In this document: piece by piece, positions 22,862-34,792 of the stretch
How positions within the stretch are numbered: the first letter of the stretch is position 1
Layout of the letters: every line of letters starts with the position of its first letter
Notes under the pieces: model-generated
What the model was told of the DNA's origin: nothing
Seen by the model: the letters and a program-made list of their open reading frames with translations, nothing else
The model's database searches: none
NCBI GenBank assembly: GCA_904063045.1
Contig: CAJFCJ010000119.1
Span: 1 to 34,792, forward strand
DNA length: 34,792 nt
Origin: Dimorphilus gyrociliatus
Lineage: Eukaryota; Animalia; Annelida
Direction of reading: 5' to 3'
Position numbers and translations under genes: made by a program

Positions 22862-24444
22862 ATGGTTGTTTATATGTAATTTATAGTAAATAGCTGAATT
22901 CTTATTATTGAATATTATTTTAGCATTTTTGTATGATTTAATAAATAAATTTTTGGTCTTTTTAATTTTTATACTTTTTTATAATTCTTTATTCAAGTGA
23001 CTGAATATAATAATATTACTTTATAATACGATTTCCTTTACTACAATATTCAACCTAAGACCTTTTATTTTTTTTTCTAAGAATTTTTTGTTCAAGTGGC
23101 TGAATTGATAATATTACATTAGTAGAAAATAGAGTGGATTAAGATTTAGTGATTTTGTACCATTTAGGTGAACAGATACTTTTCAATAGTAAAGGCATTT
23201 TACTGTGTAGAATTATAGATTATAATCTAATGACATGAAAATATTCAATAATAGTCCTACTAGCTATTTAATCCCCTTTTTATTTCTATATTTTCATATT
23301 CGACATAAAAACTGTAAAAGTTAATTAGTTCAAAGCAATTCGATTATATGCTAGTGTGTTTATTTGGTACTGATTCTTTCCTGTTTACTATCAATACAGT
23401 ATTACAAATACATTCTTATTAATAATTCTACAAATACATTCTATTAATATATTCTTACAAATACATTCTTATTAATACTTGAAAATGTTCTTTTTCGCCT
23501 CATTTACTGTATTTTTTATACTAGCTATTTTTAAATTGGCAATTCCGCAACCTAGAATTATAAAAATAAATTAAAGCTCTCTACTGTAGCTATTTAATAC
23601 ACGTATTAGAGTTTTTCTTTAAGTTACTAATCCGTATTTATAAAAATTTATACTCTTCGTTTTTGAACAACTCTAGTCGTTTAATATTTTTCATTTTTTA
23701 GTATTAATTTAAATCTCTATATTTTTTTAGTATATCTTTTCTAGATGATCTTTCAGTCTATTCAAAAATCTATTGATTTGACAACACAACTATAAAAAAT
23801 AGACTCTTAGTTATTTTAAAATTGTAAATGATAAAAAAGAATTTTAATGTATTAATAATGTGTAAAACATAATAAAAAGTCCGAATATCAAATTACTAAT
23901 TTAAATTAAGATATACAAATAGGCTTATAAATGCTCAGATTTATAAATTTCAGTTGTTTAAGGTTAATTTGTCATTATTACTATTCAACTCTTTAATTAT
24001 GAAATAATTACATCTTTGATTATTAAAACATTAGCTAAGTATTCAACTCTTAAATTATAAATCATTTTATACGAGAAAACGTAACGATAACATTTTAAAA
24101 TATTCCTCAGATTATTAAAAGAATTGAAATCTTTTTATTTTAGTTTTAGTCAAATAATAAAGATTGTACATTTATATTAAATGTTTCTTCTAGTATAAAA
24201 ATTAAAAAAAAAGAATATTTACTATTTAATGTGGTTTTTTTATCTACCATTGATAAATTTATAGACGAAATAGATCTCCTACCATATATTATTATACTTA
24301 TAAGAAGAATTAACATATAAAAACATTTCCAGTAAACTAGAAGAATCTAATGCTTATATCTCAACATTTTCACTTTTTTTAAATCTTGAAAACAAAATAC
24401 AATTATATACGTTTTAGTTAAACAAATAAATCCATTTTATTAGA

Positions 24445-24595
24445 TATTAGTAAATATTAATATATCAGTAAATATTAATATATTAGTAGATATGAATATA
24501 TTAGTACTTTTTAATATATCAGTATTTTATAATATATCAGTAAATATTAACATATCAGTACTTTTTAATATATCAGTAAATATTAATATATTATT
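24445..24595. repeat. Low-complexity AT minisatellite (atattaatatatcagta-like), mirrored at ~26532-26682
   Basis: Repeated taaatattaatatatcagta and variants, read directly. Confidence 0.7.
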
Positions 24596-24831
24596 AGAAC
24601 TGGTGCTGTTTTAAAACATTTAAATGTCTTTGATTTATGAATTTACTTAATATAAAAAACAAAGAAATTCATCGATAGAGTGTTTAATTATAAATATTTA
24701 TGTAAAATTACAAGGCTTTAGCATTAGTATGTAATATTGTAATTTTAAACTTTATTATGTTTAAATAGATAATAAATAAAATTAATTAAGATATTTCTAA
24801 TCTGTTTATTTTTATTTTATAATTTATTATA

Positions 24832-26294
24832 CAGTGAGGGACAAAAAAAATGGGACACCCTAAAAAATGAGTTAAAAAAGGTATAGCTAAAATGTAAAAT
24901 AGTGATGTGTCTTGTATTAATTAAATAAAAATTTTTATAATTCATTATTTTTAAGGTCATATTTTTGTTGGGATTTGATGGATTTTTAAAAAACAGGGAC
25001 AAAAAAAATGGGACACTTACTAAAAATTACAAAATGAGCTAAAAATTTTTATAAAATACCTTAAAACTTATCCCCTATGGCAAAACATATTAGTAAAATA
25101 GAGATTGGTGAGGTTTAGGATTAAGAAAAGCAAAGTATTCCATCAGAAAAATCTCGGAGATAATGCAAATAAGTAAATCTACTATTGGAAGAATTGTAAA
25201 AAAAATCAAGGATAATGGAGATATATTTAGAAAAAAAGGTTCTGGTAGACGTCTATCGCTGATAGTGACCAAATAGATGTTTTACAAAAAATATCAGAAG
25301 AAAATCCGAGACTAGTAGGAAATCAACTAGCAAGAAAGCTTGAGGAAAAAGCTAATATTCAAGTATCAAAAAAAACAGTTATACGATGTTTAAAGAGTAG
25401 AGGAATACATGCTAGAATAGCACGGAGAAAGTCTTTCTTATCTCGTCTACATAGACTGCAAAGACTAAATTTTTCGAAAAAGATTTTATTCAATAGTGAT
25501 GATTTTTTTAGAAAAATAATTTATAGTGATGAAAGCAAATTTTGCTTATCCAATAGCAACAAAAGAGTTATAGTGTACAGAAAAATAAATTCTGAGTACC
25601 ATGATGCAAATACAGTAAAGATTGTAAAATTTGGTGGAGGAGGTGTAATGGTGTGGGGCTATATTAGCTATGAAGGTGTAGGTGAGTTAACTTTCATTGA
25701 AGGAACAATGAACTCCATGAAGTATATTAGTCTATTATCAAATATTTTTGAATTAGAAAGAACCAAACGCCTGATAAAAGACCATATCTTTCAACAAGAT
25801 AACGCTCCATGTCATAAATCAAAGTTAACAATGGAGTTTTTCACCGAAAAGAACATTAAATTATTAGAATGGCCAGCCCAGAGTCCGGATTTGAACCCAA
25901 TAGAACACGTATGGGGGGTTATAGAATCTAAGCTAGAAAAAATACACATAAAATCAATCAATCAATTAAAGGAGGAAATAACCCGAATATGGAATAATAT
26001 ACCATTAGCATATATAAGAAAGCTTATAGATAGTATGCCAAGAAGAGCAGAAGCTGTATTTAACATGAAAGGAGGTCATACTAAGTATTAAATTGGATTT
26101 TTTAGTAAGTGTCCCATTTTTTTGTCCCTGTTTTTTAAAAATTCATCAAATCCCAACAAAAATATGACCTTAAAAATAATGAATTATAAAAATTTTTATT
26201 TAATTAATACAAGACCACATCACTATTTTACATTTTAGCTATACCTTTTTTAAACTCATTTTTTAGGGTGTCCCATTTTTTTTGTCCCTCACTG
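24832..26294 (+). mobile_element. Tc1-family transposon B, IR/DR type (1463 bp), at the centre of the palindrome
   Basis: TA|CAGTGAGGGACAAAAAAAATGGGACAC...|TA. ~195-bp TIRs (24832-25026, 26099-26294), each carrying two copies of GGGACA(A)nTGGGACAC (left: 24838-24858 and 24996-25016). Confidence 0.97.
25077..26091 (+). pseudogene. Tc1 DD34E transposase with two 1-bp frameshifts (~25115, ~25260); reconstructs to ~338 aa
   Basis: tatcccctATG GCA AAA CAT..., HTH (YSIRKISEIMQISKSTIGRIV), RKKGSGRR, IIYSDES, FQQDNAPCH, WPAQSPDLNPIEHVW, GGHTKY*. The supplied ORF 25573-26091 is only the C-terminal part. Confidence 0.92.
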
Positions 26295-28811
26295 TATAAT
26301 AAATTATAAAATAAAAATAAACAGATTAGAAAATATCTTAATTAATTTTATTTATTATCTATTTAAACATAATAAAGTTTAAAATTACAATATTACATAC
26401 TAATTGCTAAAGCCTTGTAATTTTACATAAATATTTATAATTAAACACTCTATCGATGAATTTCTTTGTTTTTTATATTAAGTAAATTCATAAATCAAAG
26501 ACATTTAAATGTTTTAAAACAGCACCAGTTCTAATAATATATTAATATTTACTGATATATTAAAAAGTACTGATATGTTAATATTTACTGATATATTATA
26601 AAATACTGATATATTAAAAAGTACTAATATATTCATATCTACTAATATATTAATATTTACTGATATATTAATATTTACTAATATCTAATAAAATGGATTT
26701 ATTTTGTTTAACTAAAACGTATATAATTGTATTTTGTTTTCAAGATTTAAAAAAAGTGAAAATGTTGAGATATAAGCATTAGATTCTTCTAGTTTACTGG
26801 AAATGTTTTTATATGTTAATTCTTCTTATAAGTATAATAATATATGGTAGGAGATCTATTTCGTCTATAAATTTATCAATGGTAGATAAAAAAACACACA
26901 TTAAATAGTAAATATTCTTTTTTTTTAATTTTTATACTAGAAGAAACATTTAATATAAAATGTACAATCTTTATTATTTGACTAAAACTAAAATAAAAAG
27001 ATTTCAATTCTTTTAATAATCTGAGGAATATTTTAAAATGTTATCGTTACGTTTTCTCGTATAAAATGATTTTATAATTTAAGAGTTGAATACTTAGCTA
27101 ATGTTTTAATAATCAAAGATGTAATTATTTCATAATTAAAGAGTTGAATAGTAATAATGACAAATTAACCTTAAACAACTGAAATTTATAAATCTGAGCA
27201 TTTATAAGCCTATTTGTATATCTTAATTTAAATTAGTAATTTGATATTCGGACTTTTTATTATGTTTTACACATTATTAATACATTAAAATTCTTTTTTA
27301 TCATTTACAATTTTAAAATAACCTAAGAGTCTATTTTTTATAGTTGTGTTGTCAAATCAATAGATTTTTGAATAGACTGAAAGATCATCTAGAAAAGATA
27401 TACTAAAAAAATATAGAGATTTAAATTAATACTAAAAAATGAAAAATATTAAACGACTAGAGTTGTTCAAAAACGAAGAGTATAAATTTTTATAAATACG
27501 GATTAGTAACTTAAAGAAAAACTCTAATACGTGTATTAAATAGCTACAGTAGAGAGCTTTAATTTATTTTTATAATTCTAGGTTGCGGAATTGCCAATTT
27601 AAAAATAGCTAGTATAAAAAATACAGTAAATGAGGCGAAAAAGAACATTTTCAAGTATTAATAAGAATGTATTGATAAGAATGTATTTGTAAGAATATAT
27701 TAATAAGAATGTATTAATAAGAATGTATTTGTAATACTGTATTGATAGTAAACAGGAAAGAATCAGTACCAAATAAACACACTAGCATATAATCGAATTG
27801 CTTTGAACTAATTAACTTTTACAGTTTTTATGTCGAATATGAAAATATAGAAATAAAAAGGGGATTAAATAGCTAGTAGGACTATTATTGAATATTTTCA
27901 TGTCATTAGATTATAATCTATAATTCTACACAGTAAAATGCCTTTACTATTGAAAAGTATCTGTTCACCTAAATGGTACAAAATCACTAAATCTTAATCC
28001 ACTCTATTTTCTACTAATGTAATATTATCAATTCAGCCACTTGAACAAAAAATTCTTAGAAAAAAAAATAAAAGGTCTTAGGTTGAATATTGTAGTAAAG
28101 GAAATCGTATTATAAAGTAATATTATTATATTCAGTCACTTGAATAAAGAATTATAAAAAAGTATAAAAATTAAAAAGACCAAAAATTTATTTATTAAAT
28201 CATACAAAAATGCTAAAATAATATTCAATAATAAGAATTCAGCTATTTACTATAAATTACATATAAACAACCATTTAAAAATACTTAAAGGAATAAAAAT
28301 TAAAAAACATGAGTATCCTAATAAATAATGAAAAACCTTGAGCTTTAAAACATAAAATAACTATTACTTAAAAATACTTAAAGGAATAAAAATTTGATAA
28401 ATAAAAATTAAAAAAACATGAGTATCCTATTAAATTATGAAAAACCTTGAGCTTTAAAACATAGAATAACTATTATTAATCATCTGAAAATCAAATGTTT
28501 TTTTAAAATATAGAAAAAAAGGAGAACGGATCTGATAAAAATGCCTTTTGCCCCTTTTTTTATATTAATAATGATTGGTTATACTTTTGAATCTACTGAA
28601 TACAGTTCTAAGAAATACTTCTAATCATACAATAATTTTTCTATAACAATAGATTTTATATTTATATATTAAAGTAGAAGATGTGAAATATATGTGTGAC
28701 CGGTTTATAATACCGTTTTATTTCAAAATTTTTTCAATAAATTAATAAGTAACAAATTATCTGATTACCCCTAGAAAAGCATATTTATAAAAATTTATAA
28801 TCCCCTTTTTT

Positions 28812-30989
28812 ATGAATATCTTAAAATCTACACTTCTATTCTTATTAAACATATGTTTAATTTACACTACACTTATAGAAAAAAAGTTAAAACAAAACAG
28901 TGTTAATCACTTAGATAGAATATTCCAACTAGACACTCTCGAATACTTAAACATATCAGATTGCAACTTTTATAAAAATAGACTAATAAATATCAATAAG
29001 CTAGAAAATCTATACATATTAATAATCAAAGAAATAAGTGGTTTGACTCGAGAAGAACTTCAGTCAATTTTTGACGTAAAAAACTTAGAATGTCTTGACT
29101 TAAGTAGTAGTACTATAAAACCAGTCCATTTAAAAAATATTAACAGAGCAGGGTCGCTAAGAAAGCTAATCCTATACTATACTGATCTCAGCGATAGCCA
29201 ATTCTTATCTGATTTATTTAAATTAAAATGCTTAACAGAATTAAAAATGGAAATTTGTTATTTGAGTACAAATTCATTGACTAATATAAGTATATTGGAG
29301 AATTTGGAGATATTAAATGTAGGTGGAAATGAAAACCTCGGAAAAAAAGACTTTGAAGGTATTGCTAACTTAAAAAATTTAGTTGAGTTAAATATTTCCG
29401 ATTGTAATGCCCAAATACCAATTAATTTTTCACGAATGCAAAAATTAAAAATACTAGATCTTAGTGATAATAATTTTACAAAAGATGATTTTGATATCAT
29501 AAGTAAATTATCAAACCTAGAAAGATTATTTTTAAAGTTCTGTAATCTCGAAACAAATTCACTAGATAGTCTAAAAAATACAAAAAGTCTTAAAAGCATT
29601 AAATTGCTTTTAATGAATAGTAATTTTGAACAACAAATTTTCAAAAAGATATACGAATTGTATAATCTCGAAGAAATCAATTTTTATTATACCAACAATG
29701 AAGAAATAAGCATACTAAAAAATTTTAATAACCTAAAAAAATTGATAATACATTTAGATGAACCTTTACAAAACATATGTTCTCTAGAAGATGTATTTTT
29801 TTGCACTACTATAGAAGAATTAACAATTAATTACCTCAAAATAAACAATGATACGTTATATGGAATTGAAAACTTATCAATTCTTAGAAAATTAAGTTTA
29901 GTAGATTGTAATGTTGACTCATACGGTCTTAACCAAGTCTGGAATTTATCTAATTTAAAAGAAATTTTTATTAGAGGTTGTAACTTTTCTAATAGTTCTC
30001 TTGATGGTATTAGTTCATTAAATAAACTACAAAACCTAAATATCCATAATTGTTCAGGAATAGATCAAACTGGCTACCAATCCATCTTTTCTATACAAAA
30101 TTTAGAAGTACTCTTTTTATATAAATGTGAGATACCAAAAGATTCTATAAGAACTTTAAATAAGCTCACAAAGCTTCAACTACATGATATTAAAGGATTA
30201 ACAAATCAAGATTTCAAATATATCACCAATTGTCCAAAACTTTTATATTTAAGTTTATCTCATATAAATTATACCAAAAACATGTTAACCGATCTTTACA
30301 AACTTACTAGTCTTAATATTTTATCTTTAATGTTTGTGAAAAACTTGTCTTCTGATGATATACTGTCTATATTCAAGCTAAAAAACCTTAAAAGTCTAGA
30401 ATTACTTTGTTGTAATCTGAAAAGCGGTTCTGTAGAAAACGTTCACAAATTGATTTGTTTAAGAGATTTACAATTGGAATGTGGTATTTCACTGAACAAA
30501 AGAGATGTTGAAGGAATATCTCAGCTCACTTATTTGAATGAATTAAAAATAAGTGCATGTCAATTTGAGGATGGATTAACCGAAAACCTAAAAAAACTAA
30601 AAAGATTACATACTTTGAATTTGAGTGAGACTTCATCTTTGACTAAACAAGATATCACTTACATATCGGAAATCCCAAATATAAAAGATTTAAACTTAAT
30701 GAGGCTTAATGCAACAGGAGATTCATTTATAAGTCTTAAAAAAATTGTATTTCTCAAAGAGTTATGCTTAACCAGAAATCAAAACTTAAGTGATGAAGAT
30801 TTAAAATCCATTTTTGAACTAAAAAGGTTGAATTCTCTAACTCTAGCAGGTTGTAATCTTAATGATCATACAAAAATAACTTTGAATAAGCTAAAAAATT
30901 TAAAAAGCGTATATCTTTGTGGAAATCAGTTATCAAAGGAAGATTTAAAGAAAGATTTAGAAAATAAGAATTTGTTTATTGGAATTTAG
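28812..30989 (+). CDS. Leucine-rich repeat protein LRR-3, right-arm copy (725 aa, intact), putative signal peptide
   Basis: Intact ORF, leader MNILKSTLLFLLNICLIYT, continuous LRRs, aatccccttttttATG context. Confidence 0.92.
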   Translation: MNILKSTLLFLLNICLIYTTLIEKKLKQNSVNHLDRIFQLDTLEYLNISDCNFYKNRLININKLENLYILIIKEISGLTREELQSIFDVKNLECLDLSSSTIKPVHLKNINRAGSLRKLILYYTDLSDSQFLSDLFKLKCLTELKMEICYLSTNSLTNISILENLEILNVGGNENLGKKDFEGIANLKNLVELNISDCNAQIPINFSRMQKLKILDLSDNNFTKDDFDIISKLSNLERLFLKFCNLETNSLDSLKNTKSLKSIKLLLMNSNFEQQIFKKIYELYNLEEINFYYTNNEEISILKNFNNLKKLIIHLDEPLQNICSLEDVFFCTTIEELTINYLKINNDTLYGIENLSILRKLSLVDCNVDSYGLNQVWNLSNLKEIFIRGCNFSNSSLDGISSLNKLQNLNIHNCSGIDQTGYQSIFSIQNLEVLFLYKCEIPKDSIRTLNKLTKLQLHDIKGLTNQDFKYITNCPKLLYLSLSHINYTKNMLTDLYKLTSLNILSLMFVKNLSSDDILSIFKLKNLKSLELLCCNLKSGSVENVHKLICLRDLQLECGISLNKRDVEGISQLTYLNELKISACQFEDGLTENLKKLKRLHTLNLSETSSLTKQDITYISEIPNIKDLNLMRLNATGDSFISLKKIVFLKELCLTRNQNLSDEDLKSIFELKRLNSLTLAGCNLNDHTKITLNKLKNLKSVYLCGNQLSKEDLKKDLENKNLFIGI

Positions 30990-33987
30990 TCTATCAATAT
31001 TTACTATTATGTAAAAACAATGTTTATACAGGGATTGGGATGTTCTCTTATTAAATTGGTTTTACATTTAAGTCTGTTTTTATAAGACATCATTAAGAAT
31101 CTGTTTTTATAAAACACATGTATTAGGTTTCATTACTTATTAAATTGGTTTTACATTTAAGTCTGTTTTTATAAGACATCATTAAGAATCTGTTTTTATA
31201 ACACATATTAGTTTATTATAACACATGTATTAGGTTTCAATTTCTATCTAAATAGTAAAGTTAAATTGTAAATAGTTAATTATATGTCATTAAAAGATTT
31301 TCAAACTTTTTAAAAACTGTTATGACGTAAATTTCGAATACAATGGTTCAGTTTAAAATATAATGTTTTAATTATAAACCATTGCTTAAATGAAGTTGTG
31401 ATAAAAAACTCGACAAGCTCTAAAATTTTAACATAGTAGTGTTATACAGTTTGTAATAAAAAAGGACATCTCTGCAAAAGGTTATTTTAAAGGTAACAAT
31501 TATTAATTATGTCATAAAATCCGTCTATTTAGGGAATTACAGCTGTTTATTGTTTTTGATTAAAATGGATTTTCTATTAATATAGTTTAAAATTATATCT
31601 ATCAAGTAATTAATACCTTTACAAAAAAAATAAGTTATAATTTATTTTTTTATGAAAAAGACAAGTTCTCTATTACTATTTCTTATATCAGCTACATTCA
31701 TATGAAGTAGTAAAACTCTCTGTTCTCACCTTTCTATTAAAACAGGTCTACATATTATTTAACAGGTTTTGAAGCCATGGCTGGTATTCCAAATCTATAG
31801 TGAGATACTGTTTTGACGAAAAATGGACTTTTTTTATTCATTAGTGCCTCATTAGTATCATATTTATTAATAATATTTATTTAGTCCTGATTTCTACAAC
31901 AGCAAAAGGTACTTTTCAGTAATAATTTCAAGCATAACATGTAATTCTCAAGAAACTATCTTTTTTATTAGAAAAATGTATTTGGTACTTATTAAATGAT
32001 AGTTAATTACATCTTATAGCAACATAATTTTTGTTTATTTTTACAGTTTGTAAAAAAATGATACTTTGGTATAGACCTCAGTAATACTGTATTTTTAAAA
32101 CACCTTGTTCTCTTAAAATAAATATAACATCATTGATTGATTCTATAACGTCAATATATTGTAAATTCTAAATATTCATAAAGACTAAAAATTTGAAAAG
32201 TTGCACATTAAGATTAATAATTACTTTAGAAATGATATAGATTTAATGTGAATATAATAAATAAAATGATGGTGAATACTATTGACTTATTTTTATATTA
32301 AAGATTAAATGCTATAATTATTTATCGATTTCTATACTTGTCTTTTATATTAAAATTAAGCAAGCCTCAACTATATCTCGTTCATTTTTTATTCTTCTAA
32401 GTAAAACTTACTGTTACTTTTTTACCCTCGTAAAAAAAGTGCTCAGAAATTACGTCTCTGTAATTTAAACTAGAGATTATTAAATTTTAAAATACAATTT
32501 TTTTAAGTATCATATGCTGATCCCCAGAATCAAAGCAGTATAAAATCAATTAGCAATATATTGTTAATAAATTCACCATTAAAGATATAAAGCAGTATAA
32601 AATCAATTAGCAATATATTGTTAATAAACTCACCATTAAAGATAAAATTATTTAATCAGACAAAAAAAATAAACTATCAGGGCGAATTTATTATTATAAA
32701 TATTAAATTTTAATAGAAGCCGGTCGGTTTTAGAGATTAAAAAGTAAATATTCTTTTAAAAAATATATTTCTGATGACTCATTAAATATCAACACAGACT
32801 ACCTAAAACACCCAATTTACTTAATACAATTATTAAAGAAAAAGGACCAAAAATGATTATAGTGCTGATTTATTTAGTTATTTCTCGGAAGTAGAAACGG
32901 ATTTAAAAGATTAAAAGAAAGAGTACTAACTGTTCCCTATTAAATTAGTCTCATTGGTAATACAAAAGCCAATACGTTTTAAAAATATATGTAATATGCG
33001 TATTTAAATAACGCACAGATAATTAAAGATTTGAATTTGATTTATTCTTAACAGAAGCTTTTTTTATTTATCGGCAATTGCACATACTAATAATCACATA
33101 AAGTCTTGCAATAATATCAAAATACTATTTATAAATAAGAGGAATCCAAAGTTTTATTAAACGTTCTAGATAAAATTAGATAGTCTCGATAAAAAAGGGG
33201 TTTTTAGAAGAATTGGAAAGAATTAATATTCAAGTCATCATTTACTCAAGTGAACATATCATTCAAGTCATCATTTATTCAAGTGATCATACATTTGGAC
33301 CAATGTATTACAAGATTTTAAAATGTCTCTTTTGAAAAAATAAAGATTCAATAATTACGCAAACTATTCTCAAAAGAAAGAATCGGCTGATATTGAAAAT
33401 CGGCCTTAATTCAATAAATATAATGAAATTGGATATATTGAATCTTTTTTTATAGAAGATTGTAATTTATAGTGTTAATGATAATAGCATATATAAGAAA
33501 GGTCCTGATGAAACAAAAAATTCTGATTTTTTAAAAAATGATCAGAGAATAAACTTAAACCATTAATTTATAGTCTAAAAATAAGAGAATTCTAGTCTAA
33601 AAAAACTTAAATCAATTTTTGGGAAACTGCAAAAAAGAAAAAAAGGGGAATTGTAAAATATTTTTAAAAAGGAGAAAAATTCACTATTAACTAAATTCGT
33701 ATATCTTCTTTTTTTACATGTTTACTTGCAAAGAATAAGAGTAAACAAATTGTTATTATCTAACATTTTAAAAAGAAAGTATAAACTATTATAGTCTTCT
33801 AAATAAATGTACATTTAAAATTTTTTAGGCACGTGTTTTCCATAAAGAATTTGTTTTTTTTGGTATACTCTTTTTGGAAGATACTAAATGTGTTTTTTTA
33901 TTTCATTAACTTTTCTTGCTATATTCTTTTTTATTGGAAAGTATCTCCTTTTACGTCACATTTTTATATTTGTCATGTATAACCCAT

Positions 33988-34792
33988 ATGGCTATGATAT
34001 TTACAGCTTTCGCTTTATTCATTATTGGATTTCTTGCGACCTCAGATTTAAACTCACCTAATATTATAGTTGGTGAGACTTTAAAGAGAACTAGAGTAAA
34101 TAATAATAATAATAATGATAAATACTCAGAATCTAAACGCTTCAAGATAGATCAAGACACAGATTTAATTAGAAAATACATGGAAATGATTCTTTCTAAT
34201 AAAGAAATTGTGACTTTAAACCTTAAAAATTGCAGTCTTAATCAAAACATTTTAAATTTAATCCCAAAGCATATAAAAATTCTCAATATAAGCGAAAACA
34301 AAATATTTAATATAGATTATATACAGTTTATACGATTTAGAAGAACTAATTGCCAGAAATTGTTCGCTCAAAAATACAGGAAAATTAAATAGATTAACAA
34401 ACTTGAAAAAATTGGATTTAAGCAAAAATAAATTAACTGAGTTAAAATTAAACTCATTAGAGAATCTTAATAGTTTGATTTTAAATGATTGTGATCTTAA
34501 ATCGTTTAACTTTGACGGCTTAGTTAATCTTAGGTATTTAGACTTGTCTGACAATACAAACTTAAATGATGAAGATATTTCAAAGCTAAAAGAATTAAAC
34601 TTAGAAGAGTTGAAGCTTAATAACTGTTCTTTGACCGATGTAGCAATATCTATACTCTCAAATTTGAAGAATGTTGAAATATTAGACATATCTTATAATG
34701 ATATAAATTTTGCTTATTATGAAGACATATATTGTTTATTACAATTTAAAATGTCTAGATATATTAATACGGGGGCAGTAAACTTGGAAGAC
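33988..34792 (+). CDS. LRR-2, right-arm copy, 3'-truncated by the window end, with 1-bp indels at ~34328, ~34740 and ~34763
   Basis: Reverse complement of 16348-17150. aacccatATG start. Confidence 0.75.

Larger units (their letters stand above)
16348..25026. repeat. Left arm of the giant inverted duplication
   Basis: Reverse complement of 26099-34792. Paired positions: 24832/26294, 22325/28812, 20150/30989, 17150/33988, 16348/34792. Confidence 0.97.
26099..34792. repeat. Right arm of the giant inverted duplication (runs off the window end)
   Basis: Reverse complement of 16348-25026, with scattered 1-bp indels and a few substitutions. Confidence 0.97.

Noticed and set aside
25573-25575. Start of the supplied 172-aa ORF as a real gene start
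   Set aside because: It is an internal GTG codon of the frameshifted Tc1-B transposase, whose ATG is at 25077.
24832-26294. Telomere or hairpin chromosome end at the palindrome centre
   Set aside because: No telomeric repeat array is present, and the centre is a 1.07-kb unique transposon interior rather than a perfect hairpin.
33916-33987. Upstream ATG at 33916 (and 17222) as the LRR-2 start
   Set aside because: The ATG at 33988/17150 has the CCC context and begins a cleaner hydrophobic leader. This remains an inference.

Overview
Very AT-rich eukaryotic DNA, most consistent with a gene-sparse microsporidian genome. The support is intronless genes, a reduced Spt5, a CCC motif just upstream of most ATGs, secreted LRR paralogs and Tc1/Merlin transposons; the taxon is an inference. 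Layout: (1) a 5'-partial SPT5 gene (1-1874). (2) A transposon-dense block (1.9-8.5 kb) with three different Merlin/IS1016-like elements and a Tc1 nested in one of them, interleaved with two copies of an orphan 303-aa gene. (3) A run of three divergent ~720-aa leader-plus-LRR genes on the minus strand. (4) The dominant structure: ~16348 to the window end (34792) is one inverted duplication with arms of about 8.7 kb. Its only unique spacer is the 1.07-kb interior of a complete IR/DR-type Tc1 transposon (24832-26294), so the same flank lies on both sides of the element and two LRR genes are duplicated. Most ORF breaks are single-base indels that differ between the arms. Consensus error is therefore likely, and an assembly artefact for the palindrome cannot be excluded from sequence alone.
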